A stretch of 64,000 nucleotides of DNA from a virus (taxonomy: Duplodnaviria > Heunggongvirae > Uroviricota > Caudoviricetes): positions 186,569 to 250,568 of the IMG/VR virus record IMGVR_UViG_3300026549_000001; one strand, given 5' to 3'. The first letter of the stretch is position 1. Each line of letters starts with the position of its first letter. Below are positions 1 to 9,453 of the stretch, piece by piece. The notes beneath the pieces are model-generated. The model worked only from the letters and a program-made list of their open reading frames with translations, was not told the DNA's origin and ran no database searches. The position numbers and the translations under genes are program-made.

Positions 1-155
1 ATAGATTAACCATTCTTTAGTTGTAAGCATCCCAATATCATAAGGCTTATCACTATTCTCGGACTTCGCCCTTGTTACAAGCACTTTGTATGTTTCATCA
101 TAGGCTACATACGCTTTAATCATATCTGTAAATTTAAGCATTGTGATATTCCCCC

Positions 156-935
156 TTACTTATATTTAGGTATGAGTGTTGATATTCGACCACAAGAATC
201 GCAAACATTCAAATTAGTACCGTCATCATTTAGCAATATATTGGTTGCCCCACATTTAGTACAAATATAACTATCTAATTTATAGTCTTTTATCTTATTT
301 ACAAGGTAAGGCATATCTTCATATACTGCCGCGCTTTTTGCTATTATTTCCACACCAACTATAATAGAGTGGTTATAGCCCTCATCTGTATAGCATAGAA
401 TATACCAATCATCTGGGAAATCTGGGGGCAATTGAAGCACATCAACCCTTTCTCCTGTATCATTTGTATAATATACTTCCAACTTGCCATTTAAGATACG
501 ATAATATGCGGGTTGCGTGGCTAAAATGTTTCGGGTGTGTGCTTCTGGGGTAAATCCTTTCGCAAAAAAACCATATCCCACAATAACATCTTCAACCGTA
601 TATTCTACAACAGAATAGCTTGAATGAAACTCTCTTCCTAAAAAGATGGATTTAAAATCAATTATATTATTATCTACTACAAGAATACTTGTATTCTTCA
701 GTTCTGCAAGTTGCCTTATTGTCGGAGAAGGTAGAATATCATAAAGCCCATTTATAGGAGATAAATCTTCTTGTGAATAGTAAAGATGCTTATATTTTTT
801 TGATAGGGTTACATCTTCTTTATGTTCTTCAATGTATCTATTTATGGCATCTGCGCCTTTACCCACAACATCATCAGGAATGTTGATTACCCCTGTAACG
901 GGTATTTTACAAATTAAAGATGCGTGTAATAACAT
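156..935 (-). CDS. hypothetical protein with C-terminal CxxC...CxxC zinc ribbon
   Basis: 259-aa ORF; C-terminal CTKCG...CDSCG motif; preceded by a consensus promoter. Confidence 0.5.
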   Translation of the reverse strand: MLLHASLICKIPVTGVINIPDDVVGKGADAINRYIEEHKEDVTLSKKYKHLYYSQEDLSPINGLYDILPSPTIRQLAELKNTSILVVDNNIIDFKSIFLGREFHSSYSVVEYTVEDVIVGYGFFAKGFTPEAHTRNILATQPAYYRILNGKLEVYYTNDTGERVDVLQLPPDFPDDWYILCYTDEGYNHSIIVGVEIIAKSAAVYEDMPYLVNKIKDYKLDSYICTKCGATNILLNDDGTNLNVCDSCGRISTLIPKYK

Positions 936-964
936 AAAAAACCTCTTTCTTTTGTACTATTTTA

Positions 965-993
965 ATTATAGCATAAAAGAAAAAGGCTGTCAA
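965..993 (-). promoter_or_regulatory. sigma-A-type promoter (minus strand): -35 TTGACA 988-993, 17-nt spacer, -10 TATAAT 965-970
   Basis: read directly as revcomp of attata...tgtcaa. Confidence 0.5.
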
Positions 994-1020
994 TAATTTT
1001 TTGATATTTATTTTATATAT

Positions 1021-1377
1021 TTAGTAAGTGACTCTTGGATAGTTGGAAGAATATAACGCATTTACAAGTATGTTATCACCTATTTGTATAGTAGCAAACT
1101 GTTTTGCATCTGCTACAAGCACCCAAGCATAGGAGTCATCTGAAAAACGAACGGTTAATATGCCATAAGCTACACCATTATTTACACCAGTATTCCTATG
1201 ATATGTGGCTTCTTTAGTGCAAATAATCCCTGTTGCGTTTATTTCTCTATTATCTATAAGGGATTTTGCTATTGTTTGATTGTTCTTACTATTATCTACT
1301 TCAATATGCTTCGACTTACAGGAACAGATAAAGAACAACATAACAATACACAAAAACCAAACACATATCCTTTTCAT
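1021..1377 (-). CDS. putative lipoprotein/secreted protein
   Basis: N-terminal hydrophobic signal MKRICVWFLCIVMLFFICSC with lipobox-like Cys. Confidence 0.45.
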   Translation of the reverse strand: MKRICVWFLCIVMLFFICSCKSKHIEVDNSKNNQTIAKSLIDNREINATGIICTKEATYHRNTGVNNGVAYGILTVRFSDDSYAWVLVADAKQFATIQIGDNILVNALYSSNYPRVTY

Positions 1378-1401
1378 TAGTTTACTCCTATATTATCAAA
1401 A

Positions 1402-1734
1402 TCAATAACAGAAAGAGCCATTTATGCTCTCGTGGTGTTTTGGCTGTTCGGACGGATTGAGGTGTTCAAACTTCCATTTTAACAAAGCCTTGCATATTTC
1501 TTCATGATGTTCATATTCGTCTTTGGCATTATTAGAAGTAGTAAGAAAGCCCTTAATACCATAACTAACACTACAATTACTACAAATGCCCTTGCAAATA
1601 TCGCTCTCTTTAATGGTTTCATCTCCCCACAATCGTTTATCTATTGTATTCTGCCCCCATAACGCGCACTTATGATTGCACCATTCGAGAAAAGCCTTTC
1701 GCAAGGTTACATATTCTTTGGAAGTCATAAGCAT
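1402..1734 (-). CDS. hypothetical Cys-rich protein
   Basis: 110-aa ORF, multiple Cys/His. Confidence 0.4.
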   Translation of the reverse strand: MLMTSKEYVTLRKAFLEWCNHKCALWGQNTIDKRLWGDETIKESDICKGICSNCSVSYGIKGFLTTSNNAKDEYEHHEEICKALLKWKFEHLNPSEQPKHHESINGSFCY

Positions 1735-1752
1735 TACTCCTTTTGAAACAAG

Positions 1753-2052
1753 TTAGTCTATTGAAACAAAATAGTCTGAATAATATCTACGAGAACAACT
1801 GTTGCACGGAGCTTCGTTAAAATTTGATAATCTGTGCTGACATTTTAGACAACTATATGGACGATGAAGGGTGAAATTAGGTAAAGCTACTACCTTAATA
1901 TTTTCATCTTCCTTGACATTTATCCATATTACATTTGTGCCATCTTGTTTGATTATTCTATTCCCTGTGTGGTCAATAAGATGTTGCTTTGCTTCTTCAA
2001 AGGTATCAAACATCCTCATAATAATACCTTCGGGGGTTTGTATTTTGAACAT
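1753..2052 (-). CDS. hypothetical protein
   Basis: 99-aa ORF in minus-strand gene train. Confidence 0.4.
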   Translation of the reverse strand: MFKIQTPEGIIMRMFDTFEEAKQHLIDHTGNRIIKQDGTNVIWINVKEDENIKVVALPNFTLHRPYSCLKCQHRLSNFNEAPCNSCSRRYYSDYFVSID

Positions 2053-2066
2053 ATTATATTCTCCTG

Positions 2067-2459
2067 TTAGCTATCTAAATATGAGCGTATTTTTTGATAA
2101 TATATTGTAACGGGTAGTATTCTTTGTTCATATAGGTATGAAAACCAAGTGCGTATATAGTTGTTGATTTCACGATTAGGACACCCAGCCTCTATATAAG
2201 CCTCTAATAATTCATCTATTTGTGTTCCTACCCTGCGGATTTTTTCATTATTCTGTTTTACTTTATCACAGACTATACCAACCGAACATTTAACATAAAA
2301 ATTGTGCCAATAAAAACCTAATGTATGTGTTCTCCTTATAATGTTCAAATCTTCTCTTTTCAATAATGATAGTAGCTGATTCATTTGTTGCAGTATAGCC
2401 ACCTCATTAGGTATTTTACAAACCGCACACATTGGGTTCATCATATTCCACCTACTCAT
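2067..2459 (-). CDS. hypothetical protein
   Basis: 130-aa ORF. Confidence 0.4.
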   Translation of the reverse strand: MSRWNMMNPMCAVCKIPNEVAILQQMNQLLSLLKREDLNIIRRTHTLGFYWHNFYVKCSVGIVCDKVKQNNEKIRRVGTQIDELLEAYIEAGCPNREINNYIRTWFSYLYEQRILPVTIYYQKIRSYLDS

Positions 2460-2650
2460 ATTTCTATTACCTCTATGGGATAATCCATCGTTGTTTCTTT
2501 TGTGAACATATATGATGATATAATCTGCTTGTCCACAACATTATATGTTTTTGAAATATGAAATATATCGCCACATGATTGACATACAGCATATATTTCA
2601 TCAGAAGGGATTTCCCCTATGGTATGATTTTTCCCACATTTGCAAATCAT
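2456..2650 (-). CDS. small zinc-ribbon protein
   Basis: CKCG...CQSCG motifs. Confidence 0.35.
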   Translation of the reverse strand: MICKCGKNHTIGEIPSDEIYAVCQSCGDIFHISKTYNVVDKQIISSYMFTKETTMDYPIEVIEI

Positions 2651-2672
2651 ATTGTTACCACCTTTTTGACTG

Positions 2673-2939
2673 TTATATGCTGTCTATGCCTATCACATGA
2701 GCAGATGGAATGTATGTTACAATTGTATTATAATGGAACGATTCAATATTGCCTGTTTCCAAATTAACAGCCAATATATGAGCTACGGAATGTTCAATGT
2801 CCTTCGGTAAAAAATCAACTTTCCAATCAGACGGGGGTCTGATTTTCATATAACAGCGTTCTCCGCAATCTTTAAACACAGCACCGTAGTTTAGATTCAT
2901 AACAGCCTGATTTGTTGAATTTTTTAGGGCAGTAAACAT
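2673..2939 (-). CDS. hypothetical protein
   Basis: 88-aa ORF. Confidence 0.35.
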   Translation of the reverse strand: MFTALKNSTNQAVMNLNYGAVFKDCGERCYMKIRPPSDWKVDFLPKDIEHSVAHILAVNLETGNIESFHYNTIVTYIPSAHVIGIDSI

Positions 2940-2971
2940 TTTAACAACCTCCTTATATTTTAGTATAACAT

Positions 2972-3181
2972 TTATCCCGCAATAATCATAAGAGGATTAA
3001 TTGCTGAATTTAGTCCAGTTTGAATAAGTCCTATCACGCCGAGGACAGCAGATAGAAGCATCAGACCATATACTATTTTTTGAGTAGTGGAGAGTTCTTT
3101 CCACAACACACTGAAAATTATGATTACCGAAATAATGCAACCTATTCCCGCGATTATTCCAATCCAATGAAGCATATCCAT
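2972..3181 (-). CDS. small 2-TM membrane protein (holin-like)
   Basis: 69 aa, two hydrophobic helices; consensus promoter upstream (-35 3237-3242, -10 3213-3218). Confidence 0.4.
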   Translation of the reverse strand: MDMLHWIGIIAGIGCIISVIIIFSVLWKELSTTQKIVYGLMLLSAVLGVIGLIQTGLNSAINPLMIIAG

Positions 3182-3212
3182 TTTATTTAATCCTCCTGTA
3201 TTTTATGTGGTT

Positions 3213-3242
3213 ATTATACCATACATAATATTAGCTTGTCAA
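3213..3242 (-). promoter_or_regulatory. sigma-A-type promoter TTGACA-18-TATAAT (minus)
   Basis: tgtcaa 3237-3242; attata 3213-3218. Confidence 0.45.
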
Positions 3243-3321
3243 TACATTTTATAAATATATAAAAAGAAGGTAAGAAACATCTTACCTTCGAGCAATCAAT
3301 CTCTTACCTTCTTTGTTTCAA

Positions 3322-3654
3322 TTAATAGCCGCCAAGCCCCATAGCAATTCGAGAAGTAATAATCGCATCGGCAACATTGATTTCACCGTTACCGTCACAG
3401 TCTGCATTAAGGAAGCCCTGACTTGCGGGGTCAAGAGTGATAAGCCCCATACACGCCCTGAATACGATAATTACATCAGCAACATTTACCTCTCCATTGT
3501 CATCGGCATCACCACGAACGACATGGATGGGGTCTCCGATAACTTCATTCCTGACTTCAGGAGTCTTGCTTGCCCTACTTTCCGCAAGGGCGGGAACTGC
3601 GAGAGCCGTCATCATAACGGCAACCATAATAAGGCTAAAAATCTTTCTAATCAT
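3322..3654 (-). CDS. secreted dockerin-domain protein (signal peptide + type I dockerin)
   Basis: N-terminal signal MIRKIFSLIMVAVMMTALAVPALA; two Ca-binding dockerin repeats DADDNGEVNVADVI and DCDGNGEINVADAI. Confidence 0.7.
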   Translation of the reverse strand: MIRKIFSLIMVAVMMTALAVPALAESRASKTPEVRNEVIGDPIHVVRGDADDNGEVNVADVIIVFRACMGLITLDPASQGFLNADCDGNGEINVADAIITSRIAMGLGGY

Positions 3655-3717
3655 TGTTTTGTTTCTCCTTTTTTGAAAAGTATATTTTTTTGTTAGTAAT
3701 TCCTTACTACATGGCAG

Positions 3718-3746
3718 ATTATAACATCATATAATATACTTGTCAA
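3718..3746 (-). promoter_or_regulatory. sigma-A-type promoter TTGACA-17-TATAAT (minus) upstream of dockerin gene
   Basis: tgtcaa 3741-3746; attata 3718-3723. Confidence 0.5.
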
Positions 3747-3814
3747 TAGTTATATTGAATAATTTATAAATATATTTTAAAAGGAATACCGCTCTCTTTT
3801 AATATATTATTAGT

Positions 3815-4072
3815 TTACCACATTATAGTTTTTATATTGGAAGTAGGAATTCTACTGTAATCTCCAACATCAAGAGCTAAAACATTTCCTTCCTCATCAA
3901 TAACACAGCCTGTAATCCTATCCTCTACAACATAATTATTGCCAACAAAACAAATATTGATAGTTTGACTTAATTGAGAAGTAATACCATCTTCTCCTGT
4001 AACAAATAAATCCCCATTTGTATTTCTTGTAAAACGAATGGGATTAGTATAGAAAAAATAACTTTTATACAT
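3815..4072 (-). CDS. hypothetical protein
   Basis: 85-aa ORF. Confidence 0.35.
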   Translation of the reverse strand: MYKSYFFYTNPIRFTRNTNGDLFVTGEDGITSQLSQTINICFVGNNYVVEDRITGCVIDEEGNVLALDVGDYSRIPTSNIKTIMW

Positions 4073-4074
4073 AT

Positions 4075-4437
4075 TTATTCTCCTATTATAGATACATAGG
4101 GGGATATTGAAAGAGATGTACCATCGGACAATGTAATTGCTTTTTTCTCAAAAGAAATAGTGCTTTCTTCTCCCAAACAGCTTATTGGTTTAACTACAAA
4201 AGAAAGTATAACAATCTTTTTTATTATTTCCTCTACCTGTTGTTCTGAAAATAAATGGCTTTCTTCTATTTTTACTCTTATACTGTCAACATCATCTATA
4301 TTGTCCATCCAACAATCATAGTTAGTTCCTTCATTGGAAATAATCAATTCTAATGATGCTTTCCGACTAAAAACATTAAGAATTTTGTTTAGTGCCTTTG
4401 TGTAGGTTATTATGTCTATTATATTCATAATGTTCAT
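4075..4437 (-). CDS. hypothetical protein
   Basis: 120-aa ORF. Confidence 0.4.
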   Translation of the reverse strand: MNIMNIIDIITYTKALNKILNVFSRKASLELIISNEGTNYDCWMDNIDDVDSIRVKIEESHLFSEQQVEEIIKKIVILSFVVKPISCLGEESTISFEKKAITLSDGTSLSISPYVSIIGE

Positions 4438-4438
4438 A

Positions 4439-4768
4439 TTATCTTTTTCCTTTAGGAGCTTCTACAAAATAGGTGTCTGATATATACCACCCATTTTGTT
4501 CAAGTAAAGCATCTCTTAAATGACAATCGGTGTCACCAATAGCATCTTCACTATAACATTCTTTATAAGGTAATATATAAGAATCAGCAAAACCACTAAA
4601 TTGATTATCATATCTTTCTCTATCTCTTTCTGCTACACATAGAGAGATTGCTTCTTTTCTACTTATACGAGACCAATCCCCTGATGGTAGGGATTCACCC
4701 TCTTCTACATAACATAAATTATAGGTATTGTGATAGTTGTCAGTATATTTCACATAATAATTTCTCAT
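4439..4768 (-). CDS. hypothetical protein
   Basis: 109-aa ORF. Confidence 0.4.
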   Translation of the reverse strand: MRNYYVKYTDNYHNTYNLCYVEEGESLPSGDWSRISRKEAISLCVAERDRERYDNQFSGFADSYILPYKECYSEDAIGDTDCHLRDALLEQNGWYISDTYFVEAPKGKR

Positions 4769-4853
4769 ATTAGTTCACCTCAATATTATTGGATTCTATC
4801 CAACTTGAATATAGCTGTTTAAAATTTTTTGTAGTTTTCTTCTAAACATCGTT

Positions 4854-5174
4854 TTAAGATGGCTGTACTTTTATAGATATATAATCCTCATCAGGCGTAA
4901 TACTTATAATTTCAAATTGTTTTACATACTCATTATGCAACTCAAATGATATGGCGCGAGGAAAAACACCTGTTATACCATGTTTGTGCATAGTTTCACT
5001 ATTTTTATCTATGGACATAAATGTGCTTAAGTCTTTAAAAGATACTATATCAGCTATCTCATCTTGTTTGTATGGAAATAACTTACGCACATATTCTATA
5101 GCAGATGCAAAATCGTTTGTGTATAAAGATACGAGAGCTTCTTGTAAAAACGGCAATAATTCTTTAACTATCAT
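4854..5174 (-). CDS. hypothetical protein
   Basis: 106-aa ORF. Confidence 0.4.
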   Translation of the reverse strand: MIVKELLPFLQEALVSLYTNDFASAIEYVRKLFPYKQDEIADIVSFKDLSTFMSIDKNSETMHKHGITGVFPRAISFELHNEYVKQFEIISITPDEDYISIKVQPS

Positions 5175-5205
5175 ATTTTCACTCCTTACCCTGTAATAAA
5201 TCGAA

Positions 5206-5409
5206 TTATATCAAGTCAAATTTTAATATACCACAAAGTCTTGTAAGATTACATAATAAATTATAACCACTATAATTCATTTCACCTAAATAGCTTCCAG
5301 AATTATCATTAATAACTATATAACAATCATTATTTGGTTTATCAATTTTTAATTTATAAGTATCTTGAAAATTCTTTAATACTTCTTCAAATAACTCTAT
5401 ATCTGTCAT
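5206..5409 (-). CDS. hypothetical protein
   Basis: 67-aa ORF. Confidence 0.3.
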   Translation of the reverse strand: MTDIELFEEVLKNFQDTYKLKIDKPNNDCYIVINDNSGSYLGEMNYSGYNLLCNLTRLCGILKFDLI

Positions 5410-5421
5410 AAGAATTTCCCC

Positions 5422-5757
5422 TTAATAATCAGTCCAATGAACGACAACCGTATCATTAGTCCAATATGAAGAATCATCCCATGAGTTTTTAAGTGCATCA
5501 AAAAATCTATCGGCATCTATATACTCCAATGGGTTAGGTGCGCCCCGTAATTTACCATCTAAATCATCAAACAAGCTGATATACCAACCTTCGGATAATT
5601 CATAATCTACAAACTCATCCGTATTGTCAAAATAATAAATCGTAGCGGCATTTTCTATATCATGGTTTTGATATGCTATATCTTCAGCATCTTCGGGAAA
5701 ATCCTCTTTGAAATCATCAAAAGAATTGTATACTTTATAAGTAGACCAAATAGCCAT
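5422..5757 (-). CDS. hypothetical acidic protein
   Basis: 111-aa ORF, D/E/W-rich. Confidence 0.4.
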   Translation of the reverse strand: MAIWSTYKVYNSFDDFKEDFPEDAEDIAYQNHDIENAATIYYFDNTDEFVDYELSEGWYISLFDDLDGKLRGAPNPLEYIDADRFFDALKNSWDDSSYWTNDTVVVHWTDY

Positions 5758-5855
5758 AATTCTTCTCCTTTAATTTTTTAGTCATATAACAGTTTCAGTA
5801 AATTTGTTTCATATACGATTGTGTGTGTAATATTACCATATATGTTATCTTTATG

Positions 5856-6233
5856 TTATAAATGATTCAGGCGAAGGCTTAATGTTATTTCAATAGCCAC
5901 CGCTTCATCAGGAATAACATCATGTAATAGGTCAGTTTGAAAATATACAGTTATTCCAGTGTCGGAAGGGTGAGCGTACAAAACCCTAAATGGAGCTTGT
6001 TCTAATTTTCCCCTTCCATTTGGTGTCATTTCTTTATATGTGTTTAAGTTTGTTCTTATCCAGTATAATATCTCATCTGCGCGTAAATTCGCATCGAAAA
6101 CCTCACTAAATAACTGTTGGTTCACTGTGCATATTTTAAGTGTAGTGACATAGGAAGCAAAAAGGTCTATATCATTACAAAGTCTAACAAACTTGTTTTT
6201 CCAACTTGATATTTCCGACAATGTTCTATACAT
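5856..6233 (-). CDS. hypothetical protein
   Basis: 125-aa ORF. Confidence 0.4.
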   Translation of the reverse strand: MYRTLSEISSWKNKFVRLCNDIDLFASYVTTLKICTVNQQLFSEVFDANLRADEILYWIRTNLNTYKEMTPNGRGKLEQAPFRVLYAHPSDTGITVYFQTDLLHDVIPDEAVAIEITLSLRLNHL

Positions 6234-6282
6234 AATTTCTCCACTTTGTAAAATATTTTAAAAAGGCTAAATAGTGTTTAGC

Positions 6283-6780
6283 CTATTCTACTTCTTCCTT
6301 ACAACGGATGCTCACATATTCAAGCGTATCTTTACAATAATCCATTAACACCCAAATTCTATTGTCATCAAAGAAAAACGGCGCATTTTTAGGGAGAGTT
6401 GTAAAAGACAATTCAGAAAGAATAATATTGATTTCTGGTACAAGTCGAGTTACGATACATTCTTCAATATAATCGAATACTTCACTTGGAATATCATCTT
6501 CATCTTCGACACTATTAGATGCTACCTTTAACATAATACTATCATTGGTAATATTATATATATCAAAAGTAAACCACATTCGGATTTGATGATGAAGTCC
6601 ATAATGGAATCGGGACTGCAAATGTTCTAATACACACTTACGCCATGATTCATCAGAATCACCATTAAAATAAAAGTTAGGTAATTCGTGATTGAGCGGA
6701 ATGTGATATACAGTTTCAAACATTGTGGGTTTCCTCCTTGTAAATTTCCACTTTGGGGACACATTGTATAAGCTCGGCAT
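6283..6780 (-). CDS. hypothetical protein
   Basis: 165-aa ORF. Confidence 0.4.
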   Translation of the reverse strand: MPSLYNVSPKWKFTRRKPTMFETVYHIPLNHELPNFYFNGDSDESWRKCVLEHLQSRFHYGLHHQIRMWFTFDIYNITNDSIMLKVASNSVEDEDDIPSEVFDYIEECIVTRLVPEINIILSELSFTTLPKNAPFFFDDNRIWVLMDYCKDTLEYVSIRCKEEVE

Positions 6781-7282
6781 CTACTGTTGGGTATCTATTT
6801 CCTTCTGTTATTTTCCAAGCATCTTCAGCAACTTTAATTTGGTTAAAGGGAACTGTGGTAGTAGTAAACCGTGCTTCTGTTGGGAGAGCTGTAAAAAAAT
6901 TTGCCCTTTTTTCTAACAATTCATTAATTTCAGGAATGTCCATGTTTTCAATTCTACCAATAATAAACGGCATTGTGGTTTCATCTATATCACAAATTTC
7001 ATCTGAATTTACACTTGAAACCATTCCAGTTGCAAGAATATCTTCATCATCTGTACTTAAAGATAAAATAATCCCCGTTGTGAGAACAGCTTTAACATTT
7101 ACTACATATTTGAAAGTCTGTGTGGGGGAGTGTACGAACCCCAAAGTTGAGAAGTTTTCTGAAAGATATTCGCGCACAAAAGAACACCATTGGTTCTTAT
7201 CATCTTCACTACAGTTTAAAGCGTTTATCCTTATATTAAATGGGAGGTGAAATTGCAGTTTACACATATATAATCCTTTCAT
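6716..7282 (-). CDS. hypothetical protein
   Basis: 188-aa ORF; promoter upstream (tgtcaa 7323-7328, attata 7299-7304). Confidence 0.4.
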   Translation of the reverse strand: MKGLYMCKLQFHLPFNIRINALNCSEDDKNQWCSFVREYLSENFSTLGFVHSPTQTFKYVVNVKAVLTTGIILSLSTDDEDILATGMVSSVNSDEICDIDETTMPFIIGRIENMDIPEINELLEKRANFFTALPTEARFTTTTVPFNQIKVAEDAWKITEGNRYPTVDAELIQCVPKVEIYKEETHNV

Positions 7283-7347
7283 TCATTAAGATATTTACAT
7301 TATACTAAAGTTAGTTAGTATTGTCAATAGAAAAGCGTTATATATTT

Positions 7348-7770
7348 TTAATCATAACTTTGGGCAAGTTGTAAAGTTATTAAATTACCAACAGAACGAT
7401 TCTTCAACTGTATAAAGAGGCTACTCCCAATCATAGCACAGAAATTTTCAGTAGGCAGAACTGTAATGGGTATAGCTTCTAAACATTTATTATACACAGG
7501 AACAACTTCGTGAATTATAGAATCATATAGTAAATCTTCTATATCTTCTATGTTATCCTTGTCTGATGTAATTAATAAATTTGCAAAATCATCATATAGG
7601 TCTATATCTCTGCAAATAAATTGAACCCCATTTACCTGAAATATAATTGGGGGTTCTTTTTCTAACTCATCTTGAACTGTATCTAACCAAGATTCCATTT
7701 CACTAATACTTATAAATGGAATTTCCGATAAAGAATGGTTGTAGTTAATTTGTATTTTTCTTTCAAACAT
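7348..7770 (-). CDS. hypothetical protein
   Basis: 140-aa ORF. Confidence 0.4.
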   Translation of the reverse strand: MFERKIQINYNHSLSEIPFISISEMESWLDTVQDELEKEPPIIFQVNGVQFICRDIDLYDDFANLLITSDKDNIEDIEDLLYDSIIHEVVPVYNKCLEAIPITVLPTENFCAMIGSSLFIQLKNRSVGNLITLQLAQSYD

Positions 7771-8158
7771 AAACAGTAATCCCCGCTATTATTTCAATAT
7801 AATAGGTTTTTGGTCGTACACCAAACCTCCCCATATTTTCTTTAACATCAATAGGTTGAGAGCGGAAAATTATGTCAATTCCCTCATCTCCCGAAGAACA
7901 ATGATGCTTCGTAAAAGTTAGTCCCTGTTGAACCCACTCTATCAGGCTATCGGCTGTCTCTTGACTTCGTGCAGAATATTGTATAGCGTTTATAATAGAT
8001 TGAGTGGAAATTGTATCTTCCCACTCATTTCTTATTGCTAAAGTATTATGTTGTTGACACAATTCAATATTATATTCTATACGGGTATCTACTCCAATAT
8101 TTGTGAATTGTTTGCTAATGTTTTCAAGAGTATTGATTATATCATTTGAACTTAACAT
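7763..8158 (-). CDS. hypothetical protein
   Basis: 131-aa ORF. Confidence 0.4.
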   Translation of the reverse strand: MLSSNDIINTLENISKQFTNIGVDTRIEYNIELCQQHNTLAIRNEWEDTISTQSIINAIQYSARSQETADSLIEWVQQGLTFTKHHCSSGDEGIDIIFRSQPIDVKENMGRFGVRPKTYYIEIIAGITVYV

Positions 8159-8180
8159 TTATCCTCCATAGATTATAAAA

Positions 8181-9251
8181 TTAGTCATATAAATCAAATG
8201 CTATTTTTGATTTTAAGGATGTTGCGTTTATATGTTCCTCTGATAATAGCGCATAAAATGTCTTTTTAGATGGCTTATATATAAACGAACCGAAAGTATC
8301 ACCCTGTTTCAAAAAAGATGTAATCATTGCAGATGGAATATATTTACCATCGGGCTGTAGATAAAATCTTGATAGTAATGCTATTTCATAAAATCTACTC
8401 TGAACACCGATATATCCTATTTGGTCTATAATCTCATTGATTTTTGCTTTTACAGATGGATAGTCGGTTATCTCTTTCTTATCAATCTTTTGTTCAAGAG
8501 CAACATTTAGTTTTTCCGTAACACCCTTATTCATACTATCTAATGATGCTTGTGTGGCGTGTTCTGTTATCATTAGAGTAGAATATACTCCTATATATTT
8601 AGGTATAAAATATCTATCGTGTGCGCGTTTATATATTCCAGCACAAGTTTTACAAAACTTCCTATGTGTTCTACTATGTTTACAGGTAAGAAAACTTCTT
8701 ATATGTATGGTAGATAACCCTTCTACATTGGAAAGAAATTCCTCATAGGATTCTGTAAAATCATTTAGTTCCGTAATAAAATGATTCTTGACTTTATAAT
8801 TATAGGTAGTTTCATCAATAGGAAGTTCTAATTCCGAACCCTCCGCACCACAATCATCATAAGATAAATCTATAATCATATTATCACAAGACGAAATAAG
8901 TTTCTTATAGAAAAATCCACTTTCTGTAATATTAGTTACATTTGCCGCTATTACAGATTTCATAAACTTACTACTTTCTTCTTCGGTGTAATTTGCTCCC
9001 CTGCGCTGACAAGATGCAATAATATCTTTTGTATTCCCTGTAAAGGCTGTTATGTGTTCAATTTTTCGCATAGCTTCAAATGATTGTTCATTGGGTGTTC
9101 CAAAAGCATTAGCAAAATCTCCCACATTTGGGATGTAGCATTCGGAAAACATTTTACTACCTAAAGCGTTATATGCTTTTGTATAAGTAGCTCTATCAAC
9201 AGAATTTAATTTATCACAAGCGGTTTCATACTTCATTAATAAACCCTCCAC
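8181..9251 (-). CDS. multisubunit RNA polymerase beta' subunit, C-terminal piece (beta'C)
   Basis: SGFFYKKLISSCDNMII resembles beta' region F (SGYLTRRLVDVAQD); ITEHATQASLDSMNKG resembles trigger-loop motif IGEPGTQLTMRTFHIGG; downstream of beta'N on the same strand. Confidence 0.6.
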   Translation of the reverse strand: MEGLLMKYETACDKLNSVDRATYTKAYNALGSKMFSECYIPNVGDFANAFGTPNEQSFEAMRKIEHITAFTGNTKDIIASCQRRGANYTEEESSKFMKSVIAANVTNITESGFFYKKLISSCDNMIIDLSYDDCGAEGSELELPIDETTYNYKVKNHFITELNDFTESYEEFLSNVEGLSTIHIRSFLTCKHSRTHRKFCKTCAGIYKRAHDRYFIPKYIGVYSTLMITEHATQASLDSMNKGVTEKLNVALEQKIDKKEITDYPSVKAKINEIIDQIGYIGVQSRFYEIALLSRFYLQPDGKYIPSAMITSFLKQGDTFGSFIYKPSKKTFYALLSEEHINATSLKSKIAFDLYD

Positions 9252-9424
9252 GCCTCATTTGTAAAAAACTTATCAATATCAGATGTAGACCATAAAACAA
9301 TATAATTGAGCTTATTTTTAATGGCTATATCTCGCTTTTCAATATCATCAAGAGTCCATCTTTGGATAGCTCTATTATAGAAAGGAGTATTCTTTTTACG
9401 CCACTTTTCGACAATAAGATTATC
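9237..9424 (-). pseudogene. C-terminal fragment of a disrupted homing-endonuclease-like gene (paralog of 39428..40309)
   Basis: open frame with no start codon translating to ...FYNRAIQRWTLDDIEKRDIAIKNKLNYIVLWSTSDIDKFF, which aligns with the C-terminus of the 293-aa paralog (FYDKVIEVWTVADVNKYNIALQNNLNYKQIWDIKELEEY). Confidence 0.6.
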
Positions 9425-9453
9425 TTAAACATCGTTCATAAATTAATACATTA

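Noticed and set aside
9252-9453. Looked for IS200/605-type subterminal hairpins / TnpA gene to define element ends
   Set aside because: No tnpA ORF and no convincing terminal hairpin by eye. Ends are left approximate and need comparison with an uninterrupted homolog.
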